The notes below the pieces were generated by a model that ran no database searches, was not told the DNA's origin, and saw only the letters and a program-made list of their open reading frames with translations. Source: Pyrolobus fumarii 1A (GTDB lineage: Archaea > Thermoproteota > Thermoprotei_A > Sulfolobales > Pyrodictiaceae). Taken from it: 32,000 nucleotides of DNA. Within the stretch, counting starts at the first letter, position 1. Every line of letters starts with the position of its first letter. The stretch covers positions 1,350,001 through 1,382,000 of the forward strand of contig NC_015931.1 in assembly GCF_000223395.1 (NCBI RefSeq), given 5' to 3'. A program made the position numbers and the translations under genes. Below are positions 8,863 to 16,691 of the stretch, piece after piece.

Positions 8863-10176
8863 CTACTTTGTGCTAGGTTGTACACCCTTGCCTTTCAGTT
8901 TCCTAGCCCACTTCTCGAGTACTAGACACGCGCATAAGCTACCACACATAGTGCATGATGGTAGGTTTGTTCCGAACTGGGTGTGTATCTTCCAGGCGCG
9001 CTCGGGGTCCAGGCTATTGTCTATCATTGTCCTCCAGTCCAGCCTAGCCCTAGCCTCTGCGACGAGCCGATCCCAAGCAGCAGCCTTCTCGCCAAGCTTG
9101 ACTATGTCACCCGCATGGGCCGCTATGCGAGCCGCTATGAGGCCCTCCTTCACCTGCTCGGGAGTCGGCAGTGAGAGGTGCTCAGCCGGAGTCACATAAC
9201 AGATGAAGTCTGCGCCAGCTGCAGCTGCAAGCGCTGCGCCTATCGCGGACCCTATATGGTCGTAGCCCGGCGCTACATCAGTCACAAGCGGGCCTAACAC
9301 GTAGTACGGCGCGCCTCTGGTCACAGCCTTCATCAGCTTGACATCCTCGACAACCCGGTCTAGAGGGACATGGCCAGGCCCCTCCACCATCACCATTACG
9401 CCCGCCTGCCTAGCTTTCTCCACAAGCCTGGCGTTGTTCACGAGCTCGGCTATCTGTAACTGGTCATGCGCGTCATGGATGGCACCGGGCCGGAGGCTGT
9501 CACCCAGGCTTATAGTCGCATCATACTCTGCGAAGAGCTCTAGAATATAGTCGAAGTTCTTCCAGTATGGATTCTCGCTGCCCGTCTCGAGCATCCAGGC
9601 TGCCAGTAGCGCACCGCCCCTACTGACTATCGGTTGTATCCGGTTGCTCTTCACAGCCTTTTCTGCAAGCTCCCTCGTGATAGCCGCGTGTATAGTCATG
9701 AAGTCTACTCCATCCTTCAGATGACGCTCCACAACCTTGATGAAATGGTCCTCGTCGGGAAGCCCCTTACCCTTGGCAACGGTCTCCATCCAAGCCTGGT
9801 ATGTGGGGACTGTGCCCACTGGCAACGGAGCAGACTCTCGAAGTATCAGACGCCTAATCTCGTCCAGATCACCGCCAATACTGAGATCCATTATAGCATC
9901 AGCACCGTACTGCTTTGCGATCCTAACCTTCTCCAACTCCATATCTATGTTGACAACGTGCGTGCTCGTACCAACATTCACGTTAACCTTTGTACGGAGC
10001 CCCTCACCTATGCCAAGAGGCTTAACACCTTCACGCTTAACATTACGGACGATAATTACGCGACCCTCAGCCACCCTATGCCTAAGCTTATTGACGTCAA
10101 CTCCCTCTTCACGAGCGACGATTTCTAACTCGGGTGGCGTCCCACCACTTCGCGCTATCCGCATTAAAGTAGTCAT
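8863..10176 (-). CDS. thiC: phosphomethylpyrimidine synthase ThiC
   Basis: The N-terminus (MTTLMRIARSGGTPPELEIVAREEGV) is ThiC-like. A VNVNVGTS motif is present. The C-terminal radical-SAM-type cluster motif is CTMCGSLCAC. Confidence 0.9.
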   Translation of the reverse strand: MTTLMRIARSGGTPPELEIVAREEGVDVNKLRHRVAEGRVIIVRNVKREGVKPLGIGEGLRTKVNVNVGTSTHVVNIDMELEKVRIAKQYGADAIMDLSIGGDLDEIRRLILRESAPLPVGTVPTYQAWMETVAKGKGLPDEDHFIKVVERHLKDGVDFMTIHAAITRELAEKAVKSNRIQPIVSRGGALLAAWMLETGSENPYWKNFDYILELFAEYDATISLGDSLRPGAIHDAHDQLQIAELVNNARLVEKARQAGVMVMVEGPGHVPLDRVVEDVKLMKAVTRGAPYYVLGPLVTDVAPGYDHIGSAIGAALAAAAGADFICYVTPAEHLSLPTPEQVKEGLIAARIAAHAGDIVKLGEKAAAWDRLVAEARARLDWRTMIDNSLDPERAWKIHTQFGTNLPSCTMCGSLCACLVLEKWARKLKGKGVQPSTK

Positions 10177-10351
10177 CTTTTAACCAACCCGGAAAAGAAG
10201 GTTCGCCGATGGGCACTGATAGAGTTTCCACTTGACCCACCCGCAGAGCAACCATAACCACAATCATCGTCTCTAACATCACATGGTGCCACAACTCTTA
10301 TTAAACCTTTGCTGTTTGTTTGTCTTGTAACGGTGGGTGGCGGGGTAGGGG

Positions 10352-10428
10352 AGCGGGGTAGGGTAGCCTGGTAGCCCGCGGGGCTCATAACCCCGAGATC
10401 GGTGGTTCAAATCCACCCCCCGCTACCA
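10352..10428 (+). tRNA. tRNA-Met (CAT), initiator type, CCA encoded
   Basis: The sequence AGCGGGGTAGGGTAGCCTGGTAGCCCGCGGGGCTCATAACCCCGAGATCGGTGGTTCAAATCCACCCCCCGCTACCA folds as a cloverleaf. It has an A1:U72 acceptor end and three consecutive G:C pairs in the anticodon stem (GGG/CCC). Both are initiator hallmarks. The T-loop is GGTTCAAATCC. Confidence 0.93.
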
Positions 10429-10727
10429 ACGCGGGCCCCGCCGCCACATTCTCCTTGTCATCCTCCCTTCACAACACCCATTCCAGATCTAGCCGGACAC
10501 GTCACTCTATCGGGAGACTACCCTAACACATGTTTACAAAAACCCATCATAACGAGAGATGAGAGAGATAAGAGGCACCTACTCATGCTGAAATTGGATC
10601 CTAAACATAAACCGTTACTCGTTTCTACGCTACAGCCTTTACTCTTAGTTGGGATGAGGAGGCCCCTACTAGCGGGGGTTCCCACGCAGACCTGGTGACG
10701 AAGGTCCCATTCTCCGACCGTACATTC

Positions 10728-11486
10728 CTAGAGTCTCACAGGTATACCTTTTGACGCCAGGTAGTCTTTCACCTGCCTTATGGTCAGTATCCTAAAGTGG
10801 AATACTGATGCAGCGAGGACTGCAGATGCTTTCCCGTACACCACAGCCTCCCAGAAGTGTTCTAGCTTTCCAGCTCCTCCGCTGGCTATCACCGGCACGG
10901 GAACCTTCTCGGCTATAGCCCTTGTAAGCTGGATGTCGTATCCTTGCTTTGTGCCATCCATGTCTATGCTTGTCAATAGTATCTCACCTGCACCTCTCCT
11001 TACAGCCTCGATAGCCCACTCTACCGCGTCAAGTCCTGTTGGTACTTTACCCGCTGAGACGTAGACTTCCCATTTCTGTGGACCCACCCTCTTAGCGTCA
11101 ATAGCTACGACTACAGCTTGGCTGCCATACTCGCGAGCAGCCTGGGTTATGAGGTCGGGGTTCCTGACTGCCGCTGTGTTTATCGAGACTTTGTCTGCAC
11201 CGCTATCCATTAGTTTCTCGAAGTCCTTGAGGCTACGGACACCTCCGCCGACCGTGAGGGGTATGGATAGTACGCTTGCCGTGTCACGAACCACGTTGAT
11301 GAGGGTCTCTCTGCCCTCAGGTGTTGCAGAGATGTCCAGGAATACTATCTCGTCTGCTCCTTCCTCCTCATACCTAGCTGCGAGCTCCACTGGATCGCCG
11401 GCGTCACGTAGGTTCTCGAAGCGCACGCCCTTAACCACGCGTCCATCCTTGACATCGAGGCACGGGATTATCCTGATAGCCTCCAC
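10728..11486 (-). CDS. hisF: imidazole glycerol phosphate synthase cyclase subunit
   Basis: [36 protein letters not shown] and ASGGAG are classic HisF motifs. Confidence 0.93.
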   Translation of the reverse strand: MEAIRIIPCLDVKDGRVVKGVRFENLRDAGDPVELAARYEEEGADEIVFLDISATPEGRETLINVVRDTASVLSIPLTVGGGVRSLKDFEKLMDSGADKVSINTAAVRNPDLITQAAREYGSQAVVVAIDAKRVGPQKWEVYVSAGKVPTGLDAVEWAIEAVRRGAGEILLTSIDMDGTKQGYDIQLTRAIAEKVPVPVIASGGAGKLEHFWEAVVYGKASAVLAASVFHFRILTIRQVKDYLASKGIPVRL

Positions 11487-11489
11487 TGT

Positions 11490-12197
11490 TCACACCCTCG
11501 CTGCGAGAACAGAGGCCTCGACCACATCTAAGAGTCCTGCGTGGAACGCCATCCCCAGTATAGCCGCGTCTACTCCCAGCTCTGCTAAACCTAGTATGTC
11601 GTCGATTGTCGCGATGCCCCCCGCGTACTGGAGCCCATAGGGCCATACTCCTCTGAGCCACGCTACACGCTCCAGGTCCGCGCCTGTCAACTTGCCCTCG
11701 CGTTCGACACTCGTGTATAGTATCTGCCGGACGCCAAGCCCATATACGAGGTCTAGCATGTCTCGTAGGCTCTTAGCTTCCTTCCGCCAGCCCTCAATGA
11801 CAACCATACCCCATTTCGCGTCTAGAGCCGCTACTATCCGATCGCCGCCATATTCTTCTACGACGTCTTCAACCAGGCGAGGGTTGCGATGCACTAGTGT
11901 CCCTATCACAACCCTCTCCACACCAATCTTGTCGAGGAGGAGCTCGACATGCTCCTTTGCGCGTATCCCGCCTCCATATTGCACGTGGAACCCCATCCTA
12001 ACGAGGCTCTCTGCTATCCCCACATTGACTGGTTTCCCAGCCTCAGCACCGTCAAGGTCAACCACGTGTAGCCACTCGACCCCCTTCTCCCACAACCTCT
12101 TGGCAACTTCCAACGGAGAGCCGACAACAAGACCCGTACCTTTCACGCCCTCAACGCGTTTGACTACACGCCCCGCTTCTAGGTCGAGCGAGGGCAT
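11490..12197 (-). CDS. hisA: ProFAR isomerase
   Basis: [29 protein letters not shown] and YGGGIR match HisA. The gene lies 3 nt upstream of hisF. Confidence 0.9.
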   Translation of the reverse strand: MPSLDLEAGRVVKRVEGVKGTGLVVGSPLEVAKRLWEKGVEWLHVVDLDGAEAGKPVNVGIAESLVRMGFHVQYGGGIRAKEHVELLLDKIGVERVVIGTLVHRNPRLVEDVVEEYGGDRIVAALDAKWGMVVIEGWRKEAKSLRDMLDLVYGLGVRQILYTSVEREGKLTGADLERVAWLRGVWPYGLQYAGGIATIDDILGLAELGVDAAILGMAFHAGLLDVVEASVLAARV

Positions 12198-12212
12198 AAC
12201 GAGCAGAGCGGA

Positions 12213-13085
12213 TCACCTCGTAACCTTCTCTATAGGCACGACGACTATGTCGCGCGCACCTCTCTCTTTAGCCGCGAGTATAGTCTCGGGCAACTCATCC
12301 TCATCGACAACAATCATCACCTCTACCATGGGCTCTGGCGTTCTCTCTATGCGAGCCACAGTCGGCCCAGCCATTGCGGGCAGAACCTCGAGTACCCTGC
12401 TGAGGAGCCTCTCGGGCACATTCATCAGCACAAGCTTCTTCTTCTGCGCCTCTAGTACACTACGTATCAACTCTACTATGCTAGTCACGAGGCGCGCCTT
12501 GGGCCCCTGTAAGCTCTTCTTGCAGGCTATGAGGCGCGCGCTTGTCTCCATCACTGTAGCTATGGGGCGCAACTTGTGTATCGCAAGCGTGGTGCCCGTG
12601 CTAACAACATCTAGTATAGCATCGGCGGCCCCAAGCAGCGGCATGACTTCTGTGGAGCCGCTCACTCTTACTATCCTCGCCCTGATGCCCTTCTCCTCGA
12701 AGAACTTTCTCGCGATATTCACGTACTTCGTCGCTACGCGCACACCGTCCGGTAGATCCTCGACGCGTTCGTAGCCGCTACTCTCTGGGACCGCGACTAC
12801 TAGACGAGCCCTGCCGAAGCCCAGGTCCTCAAAAACCTCTACATCAGCGTCATACTCCTTCACGAAATCGAGCCCGGTTATCCCTAGGTCCGCGGCACAA
12901 CTCTCCACGACTGATGGGATGTCCTCCGCTCTAAGCCTCACCAACGTAACCCAATCGAGCTTCGTGGGCAACATGAGTGCACGATCGTCGGTATAAAGCG
13001 GCTTTATGCCAGCAGCTTCAAGGAGCTTTAGCGTCGGTTCTAGCAAGCGCCCCTTACTGGGTATCGCGAAGCGTATCGTGACCAC
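12213..13085 (-). CDS. hisG: ATP phosphoribosyltransferase (long form)
   Basis: [17 protein letters not shown] and VSTGTTL motifs. At 290 aa it includes a C-terminal regulatory-domain-sized extension. Confidence 0.9.
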   Translation of the reverse strand: MVTIRFAIPSKGRLLEPTLKLLEAAGIKPLYTDDRALMLPTKLDWVTLVRLRAEDIPSVVESCAADLGITGLDFVKEYDADVEVFEDLGFGRARLVVAVPESSGYERVEDLPDGVRVATKYVNIARKFFEEKGIRARIVRVSGSTEVMPLLGAADAILDVVSTGTTLAIHKLRPIATVMETSARLIACKKSLQGPKARLVTSIVELIRSVLEAQKKKLVLMNVPERLLSRVLEVLPAMAGPTVARIERTPEPMVEVMIVVDEDELPETILAAKERGARDIVVVPIEKVTR

Positions 13086-13110
13086 GCTATTCCCACCCGC
13101 AGGGCTAAGG

Positions 13111-13117
13111 TTTATAG
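13111..13117 (-). promoter_or_regulatory. TATA-like box for hisG (divergent from tbp)
   Basis: The minus strand reads CTATAAA about 29 nt upstream of the hisG start at 13085, consistent with a leaderless or short-leader transcript. Confidence 0.4.
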
Positions 13118-13133
13118 CTCACCGTTATAATGC

Positions 13134-13142
13134 CTTTTTAAG
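13134..13142 (+). promoter_or_regulatory. TATA box for tbp
   Basis: CTTTTTAAG is centred about 24 nt upstream of the ATG at 13162, consistent with a leaderless mRNA. Confidence 0.5.
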
Positions 13143-13161
13143 CCCGGAGCAGGTCGGTACC

Positions 13162-13785
13162 ATGTCTGCCTCTACACAGCAGAGTAGCACTAGGGTAGTG
13201 CGCCGCACCCCCGTTATAGAGCCGCCGGAGCCCTCCTACCGCATTGAGAACATCGTTGCAACCGTCACGCTTGACCAGAATCTCGACCTGTATGCCATCG
13301 AGACCAGCATACCGAATGTAGAGTATAACCCGGAGCAGTTCCCTGGCCTAGTGTTCCGCCTCGAGGAGCCCAAGGTAACGGCACTGATATTCAAGTCTGG
13401 CAAGATGGTTGTCACCGGCGCCAAGAGTACACAGCAGCTGATCGAAGCCGTTAAGAAGATAATAAGGGAGCTCAAGAGGCACGGTATCGTGATAGTGGGT
13501 AGGCCCAAGGTACAGATACAGAACATAGTGGCCTCGGCCAACCTCAACGTATGCGTCGATCTAGAGAAGGCTGCGTTGACCCTCGAGAACAGCATGTATG
13601 AGCCCGAGCAGTTCCCTGGCCTAATCTACCGCATGCAGAACCCGCGCGTCGTGCTACTCATATTCAGCTCCGGCAAGATGGTCATTACGGGCGCCAAGCG
13701 CGAGGAGGAGGTCAAGGAGGCTGTGTACAACATTCGCGACACGCTAGCCAAGATGAGAGCGCTGAGACCCTGCCCATCCGAGTAA
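13162..13785 (+). CDS. tbp: TATA-box binding protein
   Basis: Two TBP repeats are present: [20 protein letters not shown]...[11 protein letters not shown]...[16 protein letters not shown] and [21 protein letters not shown]...[11 protein letters not shown]...[17 protein letters not shown] prefer the ATG at 13162 because the tracked ORF start at 13006 lies inside hisG. Confidence 0.93.
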   Translation: MSASTQQSSTRVVRRTPVIEPPEPSYRIENIVATVTLDQNLDLYAIETSIPNVEYNPEQFPGLVFRLEEPKVTALIFKSGKMVVTGAKSTQQLIEAVKKIIRELKRHGIVIVGRPKVQIQNIVASANLNVCVDLEKAALTLENSMYEPEQFPGLIYRMQNPRVVLLIFSSGKMVITGAKREEEVKEAVYNIRDTLAKMRALRPCPSE

Positions 13786-14553
13786 CCCGCCAGCCTCCTC
13801 CGGCGCTAGTATCTCCTCGAGCTCGCCCAGCTCGGGGAACTCTAACACACCTAGACCCTCAGCTATAACGAACGGCTTCATCTTATGCAGGTCCACCTCT
13901 TTTCTCAGTATGGGCGATAGGTACGTCTCCGGCATTGTAGAGACTGTTGTACCCGTCTGGTAGACGCCCGTCGCCGGCAGAACTATGAGTGTCGCGCCGG
14001 TCGGCTCGTGGCGCCCCACGAGGAAGCATGGGGCTTTTGCCACGTATCCTACCTTGTCCTTCAACGATATACTGGGGTGCTCGTGGCCCATGATTATGAT
14101 TCTCGGCTTTACTCCCTCCGGGAGCTGCTTGTGCCCGTGGATGAATACTATACCGTCTATCTCAAGATGCCCCTTTACAACTTCAACGTCATAGTCCTTC
14201 GCCACAACCACTAGGTAACTATCGTGGTTGCCCTTGACGATCTTTACCTCTACACCCTTCTGCTTTAGGTACTCGAATAACTTGGCTACTTCCTCCCTCT
14301 CGAGCCTAGTCAGCCTCTCGAACGTGTGTTTCACGTCGCCGACTATGATTACCCTATCCGGGTCATAGAGGCTGAAGGCCTCCTCTAGCATCTTCAATGC
14401 TCTCTTTAGCTGAACGCGTGGCAGGAAGTAGCCGTGCTTAGCAGCCTCCTCCTCAAACCCCAGGTGTAGATCTGCAAACACCAGCGCCCTCAAACTACGT
14501 ATGTATACTGCGGGGTGCTCCGCTACTGGCTCTATTCCAGGCACCAGCTCCAC
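13744..14553 (-). CDS. calcineurin-like metallophosphoesterase
   Basis: Motifs FADLHLG, VGDVKH, GNHD, HGH and GHEH. GTG start at 14553. The 3' end overlaps the tbp 3' end by 42 nt. Confidence 0.8.
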   Translation of the reverse strand: MELVPGIEPVAEHPAVYIRSLRALVFADLHLGFEEEAAKHGYFLPRVQLKRALKMLEEAFSLYDPDRVIIVGDVKHTFERLTRLEREEVAKLFEYLKQKGVEVKIVKGNHDSYLVVVAKDYDVEVVKGHLEIDGIVFIHGHKQLPEGVKPRIIIMGHEHPSISLKDKVGYVAKAPCFLVGRHEPTGATLIVLPATGVYQTGTTVSTMPETYLSPILRKEVDLHKMKPFVIAEGLGVLEFPELGELEEILAPEEAGGLLGWAGSQRSHLG

Positions 14554-15526
14554 ACTCTACACCGGTATTATCGCGTGCAGACACCCCGTGATAAGGCAAG
14601 AGCGGTGTACCAGACACTCGACCGGTACACCCACCCCCATCGTTCACAACAACAATCACGCGACGACGATTATCGGGGACTTCTGTTCAGCCGACACTAG
14701 CATTAACACACACCACACGAGCACACTACAAGAGCGCAACTTCACACCCTACACGGTACACCACACTACAACACTACGATGATATCAGAGTATAACCAAG
14801 TAATCGTACTATACGCATTGCACACCAACAATCCATCTCGTTACCCGCGTTCATTATCGTAGAGTGGTTGACACGCTCGATCCTATGCTATCATGCACGT
14901 GCAGAGCCTAGTTGGAGACACTCAAACCAATACATGGAGTGTGATCAGTCGAGCTGCATGACGCCACGTATATCGCTAAACACCAAGATGCATTACTCCC
15001 AGTGTATACGCTCATTACCGGGAACCTACCATGCACGAAATGCGTACCAATGCCGCCAGAGACTCCTTCAGCACCTAGAGCTGTTTACACGATTCGCCTC
15101 TAACACCTCTAACGTCCAAACCCACATCTATCACCGCTAAACTCACACAGGTGCAACCAGTGTTAGCGTCCGCTGTACACAACCTGCAAAGCTGGGTGCA
15201 CCAGTCTACCACCCGATACAACTACCGGTACACCGTCTAGTATTAGGGACAGTTCACTATTCTACTAGGCAAGGCGCAAATACCAAATACTTACGCTCAA
15301 CGCGAAAAACAGTCACACTGCACGCATCGCGACACACGCTTTACTCGACTCGCAGAGATCAGCGCATATCCGAGAAGCATCTGCCCATCGGCGTGTCGGA
15401 CTTTACTGCTTATATCCTCCTTTGACCTCGCAAAGATTCTTGTATCAAGGCGCTGGCCACACGCTTAACTGTTGATACGAACATACGAGCTTCTCAAAAT
15501 TCCATGCCCACAAGACGTATGTGAAA

Positions 15527-15828
15527 GTAACACGGGGCCATGCACGCTCCAGCTGCGGGATCCGTAGTGAGCTAGGCCGCACAGCCTCCACACTATGCAC
15601 CTACACCAAACGCGTATTACTATCCGGCGCGTGTTACCACCAGACTCTCTGCCGCTATCCCCGCTGCGTAGAGAGCTAGGTCACGCAACCAGCAAACAAC
15701 CCATTCGACTCCACAACGTATTACTAGCAGTGTGTAATACGGGTCTTTGCTGCTCACCGCTTCTGGTTAGCGTTTGGGCATCCCCATCTGACCCCCCAGC
15801 GCTATACCCTGCCCCGCCAGCGTATTAC
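15527..15828. repeat. phased CGTRTTAC motif array
   Basis: CGTATTAC occurs at 15613, 15717 and 15821 on the + strand, exactly 104 bp apart. A partner copy lies 17 nt downstream of each of the first two: CGTGTTAC at 15630 (direct) and GTAATACG at 15734 (inverted). A further GTAACACG lies at 15527. Confidence 0.7.
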
Positions 15829-15962
15829 TTTGCCTTGCGCTACTCCCGATGCCTCACGGATATTCCGCCATATCCTGTTACCCCGCCGCCTTGGGCCGCG
15901 AACCATCACCCAAATCACACCATCGCTCTACATCGGTATGGTTGTGGCGGGATGTAGCCCCA

Positions 15963-15993
15963 CGGTGAAGTTAACTGGCGGTTAACTTCACCG
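15963..15993. repeat. perfect 13-bp inverted repeat with a 5-nt spacer
   Basis: CGGTGAAGTTAAC tggcg GTTAACTTCACCG. It sits where the strand composition switches from C-rich to G-rich. Confidence 0.8.
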
Positions 15994-16027
15994 CCGGTAG
16001 ATTTAACCACAGTTTCTTGTGGAGGCA

Positions 16028-16215
16028 TGGAGGGGTCTTGGAGGAGCTAGCGTTGCAAATGGTTATGGCGGGTTGCTGTGGCCAGTTGCCGTACCCGCCG
16101 AACTGTTGCCTTCTCACCATTGCCCCTGGCTCCCAAACAGGTCGAGGGTTCCTGTGATGCTGTTCGCAGGGTTTGACCTTAAGTGCACTAGTGTATTAAC
16201 CGGTGCACCGTCCAA
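16028..16215 (+). ncRNA. candidate small structured RNA (class unknown)
   Basis: A TATA-like ATTTAACC at 16001-16008 lies about 25 nt upstream. The segment is G-rich and has several complementary blocks: GGCGGGT 16068/ACCCGCC 16093, AGGTC/GACCT, a CTG-TTCG-CAG hairpin, and paired GTGCAC sites. No known RNA family motif was recognised. Confidence 0.2.
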
Positions 16216-16227
16216 TCCACTCGTGCA

Positions 16228-16240
16228 GAAAATAAATATT
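16228..16240 (-). terminator. oligo-T tract downstream of eL38
   Basis: The minus strand reads AATATTTATTTTC immediately after the eL38 stop. This fits the archaeal oligo-T terminator type. Confidence 0.35.
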
Positions 16241-16246
16241 GGAGTG

Positions 16247-16537
16247 TTATGATAGTTGTTGTTCTACGTCCTTGTCTAGTACGACTAGGTTGCCTCCGCA
16301 CACTTCGCCCTTTGCAACCATGTCTTTCAACTGCTTCGCGAACTCGAGTCCTTTCTCGTAGTCCTCGAACTTCAACGTGTATAGGTAGCGACGTGTTCTA
16401 GCCTTGACCTTTAGGATGGGCCTTTTCTCAACACCATTCTCCGTTTTGACATACACATAGCTCTTCTTTACGCGGCACTCACTCGCCCTCTTAGCCGCCT
16501 CGAGGAACTCTTCTACAGTTTTTACCTCCTTGGGCAT
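16247..16537 (-). CDS. rpl38e: ribosomal protein eL38
   Basis: MPKEVKTVEEFLEAAKR...KVKARTRRYLYTLKFEDYEKGLEFAKQL parallels eukaryotic L38 (MPRKIEEIKDFL...[28 protein letters not shown]). It is longer than eukaryotic L38, with an internal insertion and a C-terminal extension. Confidence 0.8.
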   Translation of the reverse strand: MPKEVKTVEEFLEAAKRASECRVKKSYVYVKTENGVEKRPILKVKARTRRYLYTLKFEDYEKGLEFAKQLKDMVAKGEVCGGNLVVLDKDVEQQLS

Positions 16538-16691
16538 TCTGCTCGCCCATGCCGCTCGGCTAGCTCAACCCCTCTTAACTCCTCGCGAGGGATAGACGAA
16601 TGACGCAACGTTTTGAGGGGTGGCTTGCCCCGTAGGATGCTGGTGGTTATAGGGGTGACTTCGCCTCTCCTAGTAGCGTAGGGTTGGCGAG

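Larger units (their letters stand above)
14604..16209. repeat. dispersed palindromic motif family GGTRCACC / GGTGTACC
   Basis: Exact copies, read off the sequence: GGTGTACC at 14604-14611; GGTACACC at 14624-14631, 14755-14762 and 15227-15234; GGTGCACC at 15195-15202 and 16202-16209. Related sites are GGTGCAACC at 15150-15158, AGTGCACT at 16182-16189 and TGCACGTGCA at 14894-14903. Confidence 0.7.

Noticed and set aside
8870-10183. Plus-strand ORFs of 63-164 aa opposite thiC
   Set aside because: They are antisense to a full-length, motif-complete ThiC, and their composition is shadow-like.
10211-10240. ORB-like sequence GTTTCCACTTG (the minus strand reads CAAGTGGAAAC) in the thiC-tRNA spacer
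   Set aside because: It resembles the core of archaeal origin recognition boxes (CCAGTGGAAAC). However, it is a single copy without the downstream G-string, without a partner in inverted orientation and without an AT-rich unwinding element.
10402-10698. 98-aa plus-strand ORF downstream of the tRNA
   Set aside because: It starts inside the tRNA T-arm. Its product is Pro/Thr/His-rich with no motif, so it is most likely non-coding spacer sequence.
11692-12774. 360-aa plus-strand ORF, the longest unexplained ORF in the track
   Set aside because: It is entirely antisense to hisA and hisG, which have strong family motifs. Its product is Ser/Thr/Pro/Arg-rich and low in complexity, as expected for a shadow frame of a GC-rich coding strand.
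15527-15828. CRISPR-like array
   Set aside because: The repeated unit is only 8-10 nt and there are only three phased copies. Partner boxes occur in mixed orientation. No leader or cas genes are present. This is inconsistent with a CRISPR array.
14501-15957. Plus-strand ORFs of 61-120 aa inside the non-coding island (14501-14782, 14515-14700, 14868-15140, 15595-15957)
   Set aside because: Their products are dominated by His, Thr, Pro, Arg and Cys, which reflects the A/C-rich strand bias. They lack plausible starts or promoters and have no recognisable motifs. I treat them as artefacts, although the island itself is reported as a finding.
16019-16252. 77-aa plus-strand ORF at the G-rich end of the island
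   Set aside because: It is Gly/Trp/Pro-rich and has a GTG start upstream of the position predicted from the nearby TATA-like box. Its end overlaps the eL38 3' end. It is retained only as an alternative explanation in the finding on 15963-16215.
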